Source: an uncultured Candidatus Saccharibacteria bacterium
GTDB lineage: Bacteria > Patescibacteriota > Minisyncoccia > Phycocordibacterales > JAACPR01
Assembly: GCA_964538855.1 (NCBI GenBank)
Contig: CAZIEY010000001.1
Coordinates: 245,389-309,388 of the forward strand
Reading direction: 5' to 3'
Length of the DNA stretch: 64,000 nt
Below the pieces are notes generated by a model. The model was not told the DNA's origin, did not search any database, and saw only the letters and a list, made by a program, of their open reading frames with translations. A program made the translations under genes and the position numbers. Shown here piece after piece: positions 29,251 to 40,002 of the stretch (position 1 is the first letter of the stretch; every line of letters begins with the position of its first letter).

Positions 29251-30335
29251 AATTTACACGCTCGACCAACAATACAATCTGCAAGGGGGTTTTTGGCACC
29301 ACGCACTTCGAAGTGGGTGTGATTTCCCGTAGAATTTCCAGTCGAACCCACATATCCGATCATTTGACCTTTTTCAACTTGTTCACCAACCAAGACAAGA
29401 TTCTTTGATGTGTGACCATACAGTGTTTGTACGCCATTTGCGTGTGAAATAACTATCATTTTTCCATAGCCTCCGTTCCAACCGATTTCGGTACTCTTGA
29501 TGACAGTACCGGCAGCAGCGGCATAAATTGGTGTGCCAAGCGGAGCACCAATATCAACTCCGTTATATCCGTGCAAATTTTGAGTCAAAACCCCCGCCGG
29601 AACTGGATTTATGAAATATGTTCTCGAATCAACCTTTGGGTTAATTGGGAATTTATTAATGAGGGGAGTTGTACCATCTGCACGTTGAGACGACGCATTT
29701 GAAGCAGAAGCAAGTTCGACATTGGGTACAATAATTTTTTGACCTGGCACAAGCGGGGTCTTTTCATCAATACCGTTAAAGAGCGCAATTTCCGCCACAT
29801 CAGCATCATAAATTTTGGCAATATTTTGAATTGTTCCTCCGATTTTCACGGTGTGAGTAATTCCAGTTACTGGCAAAATCAACAATGTTTGGCCGGGCTT
29901 GATTGACCCCTTCAATTCGTTGGCCCATTTGATCGTATTAACTGACACATCAAACATTTCAGCAATTTGTGACAAGGTATCGCCCTCACGAACCTCATAC
30001 ACACTGATAGTACCCGCATGATCGGCCTTTTCTATGTCGAGCGTCGTTCCCGCAAGACCAGATTCAGCCATAAGCGCCATGCCTTCTACTACAACAACAT
30101 GTCCACCATCTTTACTTGGATTGGGGTCTAAATTAACAGCTGCCTGCAAAATGGGGATATTCTGTGAATTCACGTCAGTTGTACCTTTTTCTTGAGAAAA
30201 AGCCTTATTTATATAAGTAAAATTGGGAAAATCACCAAGTGATATGGCTTGTGCAGTATTTGAAGTGAGAATTGATACAAAGAGAGTAATTAAGAGGGTT
30301 AAGTTCTTAAAAACACTCTTTTTCAATATGGTCAT
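29247..30335 (-). CDS. LysM plus M23 peptidase
   Basis: Two LysM repeats, HGYNGVD, YGH, HTHFE. Confidence 0.92.
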   Translation of the reverse strand: MTILKKSVFKNLTLLITLFVSILTSNTAQAISLGDFPNFTYINKAFSQEKGTTDVNSQNIPILQAAVNLDPNPSKDGGHVVVVEGMALMAESGLAGTTLDIEKADHAGTISVYEVREGDTLSQIAEMFDVSVNTIKWANELKGSIKPGQTLLILPVTGITHTVKIGGTIQNIAKIYDADVAEIALFNGIDEKTPLVPGQKIIVPNVELASASNASSQRADGTTPLINKFPINPKVDSRTYFINPVPAGVLTQNLHGYNGVDIGAPLGTPIYAAAAGTVIKSTEIGWNGGYGKMIVISHANGVQTLYGHTSKNLVLVGEQVEKGQMIGYVGSTGNSTGNHTHFEVRGAKNPLADCIVGRACKF

Positions 30336-30555
30336 TTGAGAGCCTTGTTTTGCACCGTTTCCTGTCGTTTTCAGGGCTTCAAAATCTTGGGTGATTCGTA
30401 AAATAAGGTTATTTCTAGCGGTATTCTGGCGTTCTGTCGTAATGGACCGTACGGGTCCCCGTCTGCCTGTTTTTCTGGGTATCCAAGGATTATAGCCCCT
30501 CCCGAAACTAAGTCAAACCTCCCAAAAACCAAAAAATGTGGTATATTTTCTGAGC

Positions 30556-32541
30556 ATGAATTACCTCGAAGACCTCAATACCGAACAAAAAAGGGCAGTC
30601 CTCCACAAAGATGGCCCTCTTTTAATTTTAGCGGGGGCGGGAGCGGGAAAAACACGGGTGATTACATATAGAATTGCTCACCTAATCAAACACGGGGTGC
30701 ATCCGGCGGAAATTTTGGCAGTAACTTTTACAAACAAGGCGTCGAAAGAAATGGCGGAACGAATAAATCATCTTTTGTCTAACAACCCAAACTTCACCAT
30801 GCCGGTTGCGATGCACGAGAGACCGTTTGTTCGCACGTTTCACTCGCTCGGCGTGCACATTATTCGCGAAAATGCAGAATTAATCGGATTACCGAAACGC
30901 TTTTCGATTTTGGACAGCGCTGACGCCAAAAAAATTATTAAGGAAGCGTTGGAGTCTGCCGGTTACGATACAAAAGAATTCGAGCCTCGCAAAATTCAAT
31001 CAATCATTTCAAATCAAAAAGGGGATTTGATTTCTATTGCCGATTACGAAATAAAATCTAAAAATTACAGCTATTTGGGCGATGTGGTTTTAAAGACGTG
31101 GCGATTGTACGAGAAGCGCCTGAACGAAGAGGGTGCGCTCGACTTTGATGACTTGCTCATAAAAACAGTGCACATTTTGGAAACATATCCGGACGTGCTG
31201 GCTCGCTATCAAAAGCGCTGGAAATACATTCACATCGACGAATATCAAGACACGAACGAGGTGCAATACAACATTTCGAAATTGCTGGCCGGAGCACACA
31301 AAAATATGTGTGTCGTAGGAGACATCGACCAAAATATTTACTCGTGGCGCGGAGCAAGTATTAAAAACATCATGAATTTCGAGAAGGATTATCCTGGCGC
31401 AACCGAAATTATTCTCGAGGAAAATTATCGCTCAACACAAAACATTTTGCAGGCCGCAAACGAAATTATTTCGAAAAACGTGATGCGAAAAGAGAAAAAT
31501 CTTTTCACAAAAAATGGGGAGGGGGACAAAATCACGGTCTATAACGCAATCGACGAATATGACGAAGCGAAATTTTTAGTGCGCAAAGCAAAAGAAGCGA
31601 TGGCGTCAGGTGTGCACCCAAGCGACATGGCATTTTTATACCGCGCCAATTTCCAATCCCGCGTTTTAGAAGAAATTTGCCTCCAAGAACAGTTGCCACA
31701 TCAGGTGATCGGGACGAAATTCTTTGATCGAAAAGAAGTTAAAGATGTCATCGCTTATATCAAAGCGGCGCTTAACAGCAAGGATTTTACAAGTATAAGT
31801 CGAATTATCAATGTACCAAAACGTGGCATCGGCAAAGTAACGCTTTTGAAAATTGCAGACGGACACGAAGACGATCTGACTCCGGCAGTATACGCAAAAG
31901 TTCAACAATTCCGAAACGCATTGACCGAAATCGCTGATGCGATACACACGCACAAACCACATGAAGTCATCACGCACATCATGACCGCGACTGGGCTTGA
32001 AGCAGAGTTACAAAAAGATGGGGAAGAAGGCGCAGAGCGACTCGAAAACATTCGCGAATTGGTGTCGCTCGCAAAACGTTACGAAGATTTTGCGGCGGAA
32101 CATTCTCCGGCCGAAGCAATGGATAAACTTTTGGAGGATATGTCGCTCACATCTGATCAGGACGAGCTCGATAAAAAAGAAGACGGCGTGAAATTAATGA
32201 CGGTGCACGCCGCAAAAGGTTTGGAATTCGCGCACGTGTTTGTGACGGGGCTTGAAGCTGGACTTTTTCCTCATGAAAAATTTGATGCAAAGGGTGAAGA
32301 AGATGCCGAGGAAGAGCGTCGATTGTTTTACGTCGCAGTCACTCGTGCTCGAAAAAAATTATATTTAACACACGCAAGCTTCCGAACCATTTACGGTTCA
32401 AAAGAAGTGAATATGGCGTCAGAATTTTTGGAAGACATCAGCGACAGATTGATTCAGAAAGAATCTTTTGAAGACCAGTACGCGCGCGAAGAACGCGGTG
32501 CATCAAGTGGCGGCACGAAAGAATATTTGATAGATTTCTAA
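30556..32541 (+). CDS. pcrA: UvrD/PcrA DNA helicase
   Basis: AGAGAGKT, TFTNKA, DEYQD, NYRS, HAAKGLEF, EERRLFYV. Confidence 0.95.
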   Translation: MNYLEDLNTEQKRAVLHKDGPLLILAGAGAGKTRVITYRIAHLIKHGVHPAEILAVTFTNKASKEMAERINHLLSNNPNFTMPVAMHERPFVRTFHSLGVHIIRENAELIGLPKRFSILDSADAKKIIKEALESAGYDTKEFEPRKIQSIISNQKGDLISIADYEIKSKNYSYLGDVVLKTWRLYEKRLNEEGALDFDDLLIKTVHILETYPDVLARYQKRWKYIHIDEYQDTNEVQYNISKLLAGAHKNMCVVGDIDQNIYSWRGASIKNIMNFEKDYPGATEIILEENYRSTQNILQAANEIISKNVMRKEKNLFTKNGEGDKITVYNAIDEYDEAKFLVRKAKEAMASGVHPSDMAFLYRANFQSRVLEEICLQEQLPHQVIGTKFFDRKEVKDVIAYIKAALNSKDFTSISRIINVPKRGIGKVTLLKIADGHEDDLTPAVYAKVQQFRNALTEIADAIHTHKPHEVITHIMTATGLEAELQKDGEEGAERLENIRELVSLAKRYEDFAAEHSPAEAMDKLLEDMSLTSDQDELDKKEDGVKLMTVHAAKGLEFAHVFVTGLEAGLFPHEKFDAKGEEDAEEERRLFYVAVTRARKKLYLTHASFRTIYGSKEVNMASEFLEDISDRLIQKESFEDQYAREERGASSGGTKEYLIDF

Positions 32542-32547
32542 TTACTT

Positions 32548-33339
32548 ATGGTCTACGCAAAAAAATCACTCGGACAGAACTTTCTCAAGTCAGAGGCGGC
32601 TTTGCGTGAAATTATTGAGGCAGGGCACATCACCGCGGGGGAGACAGTGCTTGAAATTGGGCCGGGACGCGGGGCGTTGACCGACTATTTATTGAAAGCG
32701 GGCGCAAACGTAATCGCCATTGAAAAAGATCGCGAACTGATTGCTGTGCTTAACGAAACTTTTAAAGAGGCGGTGGCAAGCGGTGCACTGCGCATCATCG
32801 AAGCCGACATTTTGGAATGGAATCGCGCGGAATTACCTGCGGACTACAAAGTCATCGCGAACATTCCTTACTACATCACCGGCGCAATCATCCGAATGTT
32901 TTTTGAAGCCGACCATCAACCAAGCAAAATGGTGCTTCTTGTACAAAAGGAAGTGGCCGACCGCATCGTGGCTCGCGACGGAAAAGAAAGCATTTTATCG
33001 GTCTCTGTCAAAGCATATTGCACCCCGCGCCTCGTCAAAGTTGTGAAAGCCGGCTCTTTTGTGCCAGCACCCGCCGTTGATTCAGCAATTATCGAATTTA
33101 GCGATATTTCTAAACGTCTTTTCGTCGAACACGGCGTCAACGAATCTGCATTTTTCATGGTCGTCAAAGAAGGTTTTGCCCACAAGCGCAAGGTTTTGCG
33201 CAGCAATTTAGCCGACCTCGCTACTCGTTTTGATAAAAACATGTCAGAAATCCTATTAAAGGCAGATGTCGTAGGAAATGCGCGGGCAGAAGACTTGAAA
33301 CTGGAAAATTGGTTTAAAATTGCGCAACCTTTCTCATAA
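32548..33339 (+). CDS. rsmA: 16S rRNA dimethyltransferase
   Basis: KKSLGQNF, EIGPGRG, NIPYYIT. Confidence 0.97.
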   Translation: MVYAKKSLGQNFLKSEAALREIIEAGHITAGETVLEIGPGRGALTDYLLKAGANVIAIEKDRELIAVLNETFKEAVASGALRIIEADILEWNRAELPADYKVIANIPYYITGAIIRMFFEADHQPSKMVLLVQKEVADRIVARDGKESILSVSVKAYCTPRLVKVVKAGSFVPAPAVDSAIIEFSDISKRLFVEHGVNESAFFMVVKEGFAHKRKVLRSNLADLATRFDKNMSEILLKADVVGNARAEDLKLENWFKIAQPFS

Positions 33340-33353
33340 AGATACCCCCCCGT

Positions 33354-33779
33354 TTACTTTTTTGGAAACGATGGCAACAAACTCGAACCAGTTCCCGCAA
33401 AAGGGAGGGACGTAATGATACCGTTTGCTATTCCGGTATTAACACAAAATGGTTCGATTGGCAAAAACGGAATTATACCATTCCTACACTGTAGAGGACT
33501 CGTATAATATTGTCCGAGCGCAGAATTACCAGGGATAAAAATATTAAAATTTCGATTCAAACGTGATACAAACGGTATGTACAAAACTCCAATAGGTAAT
33601 TTGGTACGAAAATCCTCTATAGTAACGAGTAAGCTTGAGGAACATAGACAAGGGATGGTACTGAGTACTGTACCACCAAACGGCACAGTAACTATTCCCG
33701 TCGGAATCTGAGCATGTACACCAATCGGCACAATCAACGAACTTACACATAATAGGATGATCGCAAAAAATTTGTTCAT
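33354..33779 (-). CDS. Small secreted Cys-containing hypothetical protein
   Basis: Signal peptide ending VHA, PFGG, PCLCS; divergent from T4SS-like cluster. Confidence 0.65.
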   Translation of the reverse strand: MNKFFAIILLCVSSLIVPIGVHAQIPTGIVTVPFGGTVLSTIPCLCSSSLLVTIEDFRTKLPIGVLYIPFVSRLNRNFNIFIPGNSALGQYYTSPLQCRNGIIPFLPIEPFCVNTGIANGIITSLPFAGTGSSLLPSFPKK

Positions 33780-33821
33780 AATCCATACAATTATATCACA
33801 GTCGTCTGATATAATAACCAC

Positions 33822-34712
33822 ATGCAAACACCGGGGACAAGAGTTATCTATTTTTCAATTTTTGCAGCGATTGTGGTTACGGGAATCATCTCATATTCAA
33901 CATATCAAGAAAAAAAGCCAGTGAGAATCGCAGCGCAAGAAACTGAAAAAAATCTCGCCATCGTGGTCGATAACCAATATAAAAATACCGATTCAGATGC
34001 AGATGGTCTATTCGACTGGGAAGAAACTCTCTGGCGCACCGACCCAGAGAACGCAGACACAGATAAAGATGGGACCAAAGACGGTCAGGAAGTTGCCCTT
34101 AGTCGTGACCCAAACAAAGCTGGACCACAAGATGATTGGGCGCCGAACAACTACCTCGAGCAATATGTTGCAACTACAAAAATCGATCCGAATTCCTTGA
34201 CAAGTCGCATCGCCCAGAATCTATTGATCGCAGTAGGACAAAGTGATAGCCCAGATATTGCCACTACACTACTTGCGCAAATTCAGGCAGAAATAAAAAC
34301 TACCCAAATCTTTAAGAAAGAGAATCTAATTACTTTTGACGATATGAATAAAGAAAAAGTGCAGGAATACGCAAACGCATTTATCGAAATATACCAAAAA
34401 GAGACTCGTGCGGCAGAACTTATTCCAGAAAATAATCAAAAAGCCTATGCGGATGTGTACAAAAAGATGGCACTATCACTATCGACTATTCCAGTCCCAA
34501 ATTCACTTGCTGGAGTACACACCAATTACATCAACAACTTGAATAACATGAGTATTTTCACCACGATCATCATCCAGGCAGAAAACGACCCGATCAAAAT
34601 GGTAGCGGTTATTCCAGAATTCAACAAAATGCTCGGTGAACAAATTACTTTGTTGGAACAAATAAAAACTTACATGCAAAGTAATGCTATAATTTTCACT
34701 ATCGATGCGTAA
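33822..34712 (+). CDS. Membrane-anchored protein with thrombospondin type 3-like Ca-binding repeats
   Basis: DSDADGLFDWEE, TDPENADTDKDG. Confidence 0.8.
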   Translation: MQTPGTRVIYFSIFAAIVVTGIISYSTYQEKKPVRIAAQETEKNLAIVVDNQYKNTDSDADGLFDWEETLWRTDPENADTDKDGTKDGQEVALSRDPNKAGPQDDWAPNNYLEQYVATTKIDPNSLTSRIAQNLLIAVGQSDSPDIATTLLAQIQAEIKTTQIFKKENLITFDDMNKEKVQEYANAFIEIYQKETRAAELIPENNQKAYADVYKKMALSLSTIPVPNSLAGVHTNYINNLNNMSIFTTIIIQAENDPIKMVAVIPEFNKMLGEQITLLEQIKTYMQSNAIIFTIDA

Positions 34713-35823
34713 TACCAGCAAACCAATCAGCAACAAATTAAAGACAACCTTCAATTTCCTATTGATTGGAATTTTATTGTTCGGTCAATTTGGTGTTGTG
34801 TTTGCACAAAACACTCCGACACCCGATCTTCCTGAAAGTGAAGAGAACTGGCAAAATATCAATGAAAACCAGGAGTTTCGAGATTTAGAAGAAGCTCACA
34901 ACCAATACGACGACCAATTCAACGACGAAACCGGAAAAAAGATCTATCCGGAACAACAAAAGAAACCGGATGCCCCAGTCGCTACCGCAGCTAGCGCAGG
35001 AAAATGTGTCTTGGCACAACTTGCGGCCAACCTAGCAAAAAAGGGTTTCGCTGTGTTCGCAAAAAAAGTATCTGCAACACTGGTCAATGCAACAATGGTT
35101 CCGGTATATATTCCAGGTCTGGAAAACAAAGAAGTTGGAACACTTGGTGGACTTGGACCAAGCGAAGACGGTATTGGATATTGTATTGCAAACAGCATTA
35201 TCCAATATATTTCTGATTCGACGATTGATTGGATTAATAGTGGATTTGAAGGAAATCCTGTGTTCGTCGATGATCCAACACGAATTTTCAAGGATTTAAG
35301 AGACGACACAATCAACACATTTCTCAGTGAATTCGGGGAGGGAATTCTCTGTGAGGATTTTAGTATGAGAGTCAAATTAGCCCTTGTGACAAAAGAACGA
35401 CCAAAAAAGAATTTCAAATGTACTTATGAGATGGTAGATGCCAATATACGAAACATGAAAGAGAACGGGGTTTTCACCTTCGAAGGTTGGGATGAAATCA
35501 CACAAAATCCGCAAAATAATCAAATTGGAGCATTCCTGTCGCTCGATTCAGAGCTATTAAAACTTAAGGCGACGCGAGAAGGTAATTTAAACCAAGAATT
35601 GACCTGGGGTAGCGGATATTTACCATGGAAGGATAAGGATAATAAAAACAGAACAGTTACCCCGGGAAAGGTCGTCCAATCATCTATTGAAAAAAACCTC
35701 CAATTGAAATCAGACCGATTAGTATTAGCAGATGAATTTGATGAGGTTATTGACGCCCTTGCAGATCAACTCATGAGACAGGCAATTATTGGAATTCTCG
35801 GTCAAGAGGAACCACCAAATTAA
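34705..35823 (+). CDS. Secreted hypothetical protein of the T4SS-like cluster
   Basis: Signal peptide, WINSGFEGNPVFV, VTPG, ADEFDE. Confidence 0.75.
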   Translation: MRNTSKPISNKLKTTFNFLLIGILLFGQFGVVFAQNTPTPDLPESEENWQNINENQEFRDLEEAHNQYDDQFNDETGKKIYPEQQKKPDAPVATAASAGKCVLAQLAANLAKKGFAVFAKKVSATLVNATMVPVYIPGLENKEVGTLGGLGPSEDGIGYCIANSIIQYISDSTIDWINSGFEGNPVFVDDPTRIFKDLRDDTINTFLSEFGEGILCEDFSMRVKLALVTKERPKKNFKCTYEMVDANIRNMKENGVFTFEGWDEITQNPQNNQIGAFLSLDSELLKLKATREGNLNQELTWGSGYLPWKDKDNKNRTVTPGKVVQSSIEKNLQLKSDRLVLADEFDEVIDALADQLMRQAIIGILGQEEPPN

Positions 35824-35877
35824 TCTGTATAACTTTTAGTTTGACACATTATTTTTCTGTTATAATTTTCAATAAAG

Positions 35878-38265
35878 ATGTTACATGGGATTTATAAAAA
35901 AATAGGCCTGTTTTTTATACTATTAGTTATAATGGTCGTACCCACCGTGTCGTTACATGCGACGAGCTTATCGACAATGGTAAAAGATCGCGCGTTCGAG
36001 GATAATAGCAACAACGCTCGCGCAAGATATTTAAACGAATATAAAAAAGAATACTCTGATTTGGTTGACAAAATCGCTGGCTCCCAAACTTCAAATCAGG
36101 AAGATTTGCAAAGAAAAGCCAAACTTGAATATCTATTACCAAAAGCAATGAGTTCTAGTGAGTGGGCTAGTTTTTCTCACGCAAACATACACCCAAATAA
36201 AATAAGCAATGTGTCATTTGGGTCTTTATACAATGGCAATACAGATGGTGTCCAAGCAACTGATATATATACAAGAAAAGAAGGAACGGATGACGTTTAC
36301 ACGAGTAATAATCCGAAATTCAAGGACGTCGAATTTACATTGTCACTGAAAAGTGATGGTACATACCAAGTTAAGCGCGCCTACAATCCTGTAACGAAAC
36401 AGGATTTCAGTGTTACAACTGAGGCACAATTACAAGCACTTAAAAAGGCAGCGGAGGCAGACGATGTCGAGATTGTTTGTTATACCGGAGTCAGCACAAT
36501 ACTTAGTACAATTAACCCCCTCTGTTGGATAGCGAAATTTTCTTACTACATCATATTCACTATTAGCTCATGGTTTTTGAGTATATCTGGCCAATTGTTC
36601 AATTTTGTTGTCGTGCAAACTGTTGTTGAGATGAAGGAACTCATCCAAGACAATATCGTCAACCAAGGATGGATCTTATTCAGAGATATTATAAATATTC
36701 TATTCATATTCGTACTTATATATGCAGCGATAAGCACCATTCTAAAGGGAACAAGTGACACAGGAAAAACCATCGTAACAGTTATCGTGGTTGCTGTTTT
36801 AATTAACTTTAGTCTATTTTTTACAAAAGTGATTGTTGATATTTCAAACACACTTGCAGTTAGTTTCTATAATTCCATTACAACGATGCCCCTAAAAGAT
36901 GCAAAGGGTAAGCCTGTTACCATAAACAGCAGTGCTCAATTCGGGATTGCCGAGGTGTTCTTAACTCAAACAAATATGACGACTATTGTCGGCACCAACC
37001 CAGAAAATATTAAGTGGGGTGTTGCGTCATTAACTTATCTCGGAATCATCAAACAGACCCTCATTGCCTCTGTATTTATCGTCATACTGGGAGTAGTTCT
37101 TTTGCTGATGTCATTGATGCTAGTCACCCGATTCCTGATCCTGATATTTGTGATGATCACATCTTCGCTGGCATTTGGATCCTACATACTACCCAAACTC
37201 CAAAGTCAAGTTGCCGACAAATGGTGGCCAGCTCTCATTGGACAAGCGTTCTTTGTACCGGTATTTTTCTTGATGTTATACATTACACTCAAATTTTCCC
37301 AAACACTTCCATTCGACAAAGGTACCGGTTGGGCAAATATGGCACATATTGTACCAGGACAAATAGTCACTTATATTATGATTGTTGGAATGCTTATTCT
37401 ATCAATGAAAGTTGCAAAGAGTATGGCTGACGAAGCGGGCGCGGCGTCCGGAAAAATTACTGGGATGTTGGGCGGGGCAGCACTCAGCGTCACAGGATTT
37501 GCTGCGCGTCACTCAATTGGAATTGCTGCTCGAGAGATAGCAAACAGCAAGCTCCTTTCTGGTAGCGGTCTAACCGCAAGAACTTTGCGTGCTGGATTTG
37601 GCCGTATAGGAGAAAGCAGCTTCGATGCCAGACATTCTGATACATTCAGTCATATAAATGATGCTGTTGGCGGAACCGACTTTGGCAAGGGTCGCGGAGA
37701 AGGTGGTTATGACAAGTTTGCCGACAAGCGAGAGAAGTACCACAAAGAAAAATATGCTGAGGAAGAAAAGGCATATAAAGAAGAGGGCAAATTCACTGAC
37801 GATGAGCAGGACGCTGTTACTGCTGGTCTACAATTTGAGAAAGAAAATAAGTCTGCTATGGAGGTGAAGAAATTGGTTGACGCTAGGGATAAACTCGCTG
37901 CTCGACAGGCTGCTGCGGCTACCCAGCTTGAAAAAGATGCGATCCAAAAACACATCGATAACGTTAATAATGAAATCAACAAAAAAGATATCACGGAAGC
38001 TGACGCAAAAGCAATATACGATAACGCAGATAACAAGAAGATTCTTGACGCCAAGAAAAAAGCAGAAGCTGCCGCAAAAGAAAGGCAAACGAAATTCCTC
38101 GAATCTCGTCAAAAGACTCGATGGGGAATCCGCAGTGGAGATGGTGCTAAATTTGCTCGCGAGCAACTTGCTAAAAACGCCAAGGAGAAAACTGACACCG
38201 ACAGACTTCTTGAGGGTTTGAAAGCATCAGCCAATAGTGGTGGAGGAGGTGGAGGTAAACCATAA
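35878..38265 (+). CDS. VirB6/TrbL-like polytopic membrane protein
   Basis: GW...RDIIN, LINFSLFFTKVIVD, multiple TMs, Gly/Ala-rich and coiled-coil tail; upstream of prgI/virB4. Confidence 0.65.
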   Translation: MLHGIYKKIGLFFILLVIMVVPTVSLHATSLSTMVKDRAFEDNSNNARARYLNEYKKEYSDLVDKIAGSQTSNQEDLQRKAKLEYLLPKAMSSSEWASFSHANIHPNKISNVSFGSLYNGNTDGVQATDIYTRKEGTDDVYTSNNPKFKDVEFTLSLKSDGTYQVKRAYNPVTKQDFSVTTEAQLQALKKAAEADDVEIVCYTGVSTILSTINPLCWIAKFSYYIIFTISSWFLSISGQLFNFVVVQTVVEMKELIQDNIVNQGWILFRDIINILFIFVLIYAAISTILKGTSDTGKTIVTVIVVAVLINFSLFFTKVIVDISNTLAVSFYNSITTMPLKDAKGKPVTINSSAQFGIAEVFLTQTNMTTIVGTNPENIKWGVASLTYLGIIKQTLIASVFIVILGVVLLLMSLMLVTRFLILIFVMITSSLAFGSYILPKLQSQVADKWWPALIGQAFFVPVFFLMLYITLKFSQTLPFDKGTGWANMAHIVPGQIVTYIMIVGMLILSMKVAKSMADEAGAASGKITGMLGGAALSVTGFAARHSIGIAAREIANSKLLSGSGLTARTLRAGFGRIGESSFDARHSDTFSHINDAVGGTDFGKGRGEGGYDKFADKREKYHKEKYAEEEKAYKEEGKFTDDEQDAVTAGLQFEKENKSAMEVKKLVDARDKLAARQAAAATQLEKDAIQKHIDNVNNEINKKDITEADAKAIYDNADNKKILDAKKKAEAAAKERQTKFLESRQKTRWGIRSGDGAKFAREQLAKNAKEKTDTDRLLEGLKASANSGGGGGGKP

Positions 38266-38272
38266 AATAATC

Positions 38273-38857
38273 ATGCCCAAAACAGAAAACAATAAAATTA
38301 TCGAGGATCGTTTCGCAGAATTACCTCAAGTTATCCAGAAGATAATCACTGATTCTGGTTGGCAATTCAAAATTCGTGACTTAGTCAAAAAATTTAACAT
38401 TCGTGTGGATCAGGGTGGGGCGATAGAGAACGAGATACTGCTCGTAATGTTAGATTTCGAGAACCCAGAAAATTTCGTCCAAAATATCATGAACGGAGCG
38501 CAGTTGGACCAAAAAACCGCAGAATCTCTCGCAACGGAAGTTGGTTTGTTAATCTTTGATCCAATTCGTGAGGCTCTAATTGCAGAAACGAATTCTGAAA
38601 AAAACGCGCTGAGCGGCGGGTCAAGTGGTTCGGTAGTTCAACCTCTCGAATCTCGCGAAGACCTCCTCAAACAAATCGAGGATCCGACTGAAATTCCCGA
38701 TATCAAACCGAGTACAATGAAAGCGAATGCGTCAGTTGCAGCGACACCGACAGTTTCCGCATCAATCAACGTCGCCACCGCACCAGTCACATCAATACCA
38801 GAAACACCTCGTCCAACCGCGCCAAAAATAGACCCATATCGAGAACCGATTGAATAA
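38273..38857 (+). CDS. Hypothetical protein ending in DPYREP motif
   Basis: Folded N-terminus, Pro/Thr linker, terminal DPYREPIE. Confidence 0.75.
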   Translation: MPKTENNKIIEDRFAELPQVIQKIITDSGWQFKIRDLVKKFNIRVDQGGAIENEILLVMLDFENPENFVQNIMNGAQLDQKTAESLATEVGLLIFDPIREALIAETNSEKNALSGGSSGSVVQPLESREDLLKQIEDPTEIPDIKPSTMKANASVAATPTVSASINVATAPVTSIPETPRPTAPKIDPYREPIE

Positions 38858-38897
38858 TTCGAGCGCAGAGTCGCAGAACTAAGGTACAATTAGACTA

Positions 38898-39347
38898 ATG
38901 AAATACCAAGTCCCACAATTCATCGAGGTCGAGGACAAGATTTTTGGTCCACTCACACTCAAACAGTTTCTCTACGTCGCCGGTGGGGCAGCGATTGGTT
39001 TTATTATTTGGTCGGCAGTTCCAGTAAAATTTATTGCAATAGTAGCCGCGCTACCAGTTGTAATCTTTTTTCTCGCCATGGCATTCTATCGCGTAAATGA
39101 ACGACCTTTCGTAACACTCGTAGAAAGTTCGATCAGATATTTTTTTGGGACTAAACTATACATTTGGCATAAAATCGAAAGGAAGCCTGTGCAGACACAA
39201 AACACTTCTACACCCACAGCAGCGAACAATCTTGATGTACTTATCCCAAAACTTTCCGATAGCAAACTGAAAGAATTAACCTGGAGTCTCGACATTAATG
39301 AAAAACTTGGTAATTCCGGAACCACGAGTGAAAAATTTAAGGTATAA
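38898..39347 (+). CDS. PrgI-family (VirB3-like) protein
   Basis: VPQFIEVEDKIFGPLTLKQF, two TMs. Confidence 0.85.
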   Translation: MKYQVPQFIEVEDKIFGPLTLKQFLYVAGGAAIGFIIWSAVPVKFIAIVAALPVVIFFLAMAFYRVNERPFVTLVESSIRYFFGTKLYIWHKIERKPVQTQNTSTPTAANNLDVLIPKLSDSKLKELTWSLDINEKLGNSGTTSEKFKV

Positions 39348-39365
39348 TGTTTTTGTACCTTTTAT

Positions 39366-40001
39366 ATGGCAACATCTAGCAAACCAACCCAGGAATTCGT
39401 GCCCATCCAAGAAGTTCGTGATGGTATCATCGTCATGCGCGACGGATCGATGCGCGTGATTTTGCTTGCTTCGTCAGTGAATTTCGCCCTCAAATCAGAA
39501 GACGAGCAGGCTGCGATTACATTTCAATTCCAAAACTTCTTGAACTCACTAGATTTTAGTATGCAAATTTTCTTGCAGTCACGCCGGCTCGACATTCGAC
39601 CGTACCTCGCACTTCTCGCTGACAGACAAAAGCAACAAATCAACGACTTAATGCGTATCCAGATTCGCGAATACTCTAATTTCATCAAGAGTTTCACTGA
39701 AAATGTAGAAATCATGACAAAAAACTTCTTCATAGTAGTGCCATATGTACCACTTCGTCTCGATTTCACAAAAAGCGCGGGGTCATTTGGAAAACCAAAA
39801 AAGGATTCGGGGCAAGAAAAAAGTGAGAACTTTGAAGAGGCGCGAATACAGCTCGATCAGCGCATTTCAATCGTCTCAGGCGGACTCTCACGTTGTGGTA
39901 TTCGAACCGTCGTCCTGGGAACAGAAGAAGTGGTCGAAGTCTTCTACAAATTGTTCAACCCGGGTGACATGGACAAGCCGATTTCACTAACACAAAAATA
40001 A
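39366..40001 (+). CDS. VirB4-associated protein resembling a separate N-terminal module
   Basis: VNFALKSEDEQ, FLNSLDF; between prgI and virB4. Confidence 0.7.
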   Translation: MATSSKPTQEFVPIQEVRDGIIVMRDGSMRVILLASSVNFALKSEDEQAAITFQFQNFLNSLDFSMQIFLQSRRLDIRPYLALLADRQKQQINDLMRIQIREYSNFIKSFTENVEIMTKNFFIVVPYVPLRLDFTKSAGSFGKPKKDSGQEKSENFEEARIQLDQRISIVSGGLSRCGIRTVVLGTEEVVEVFYKLFNPGDMDKPISLTQK

Positions 40002-40002
40002 T

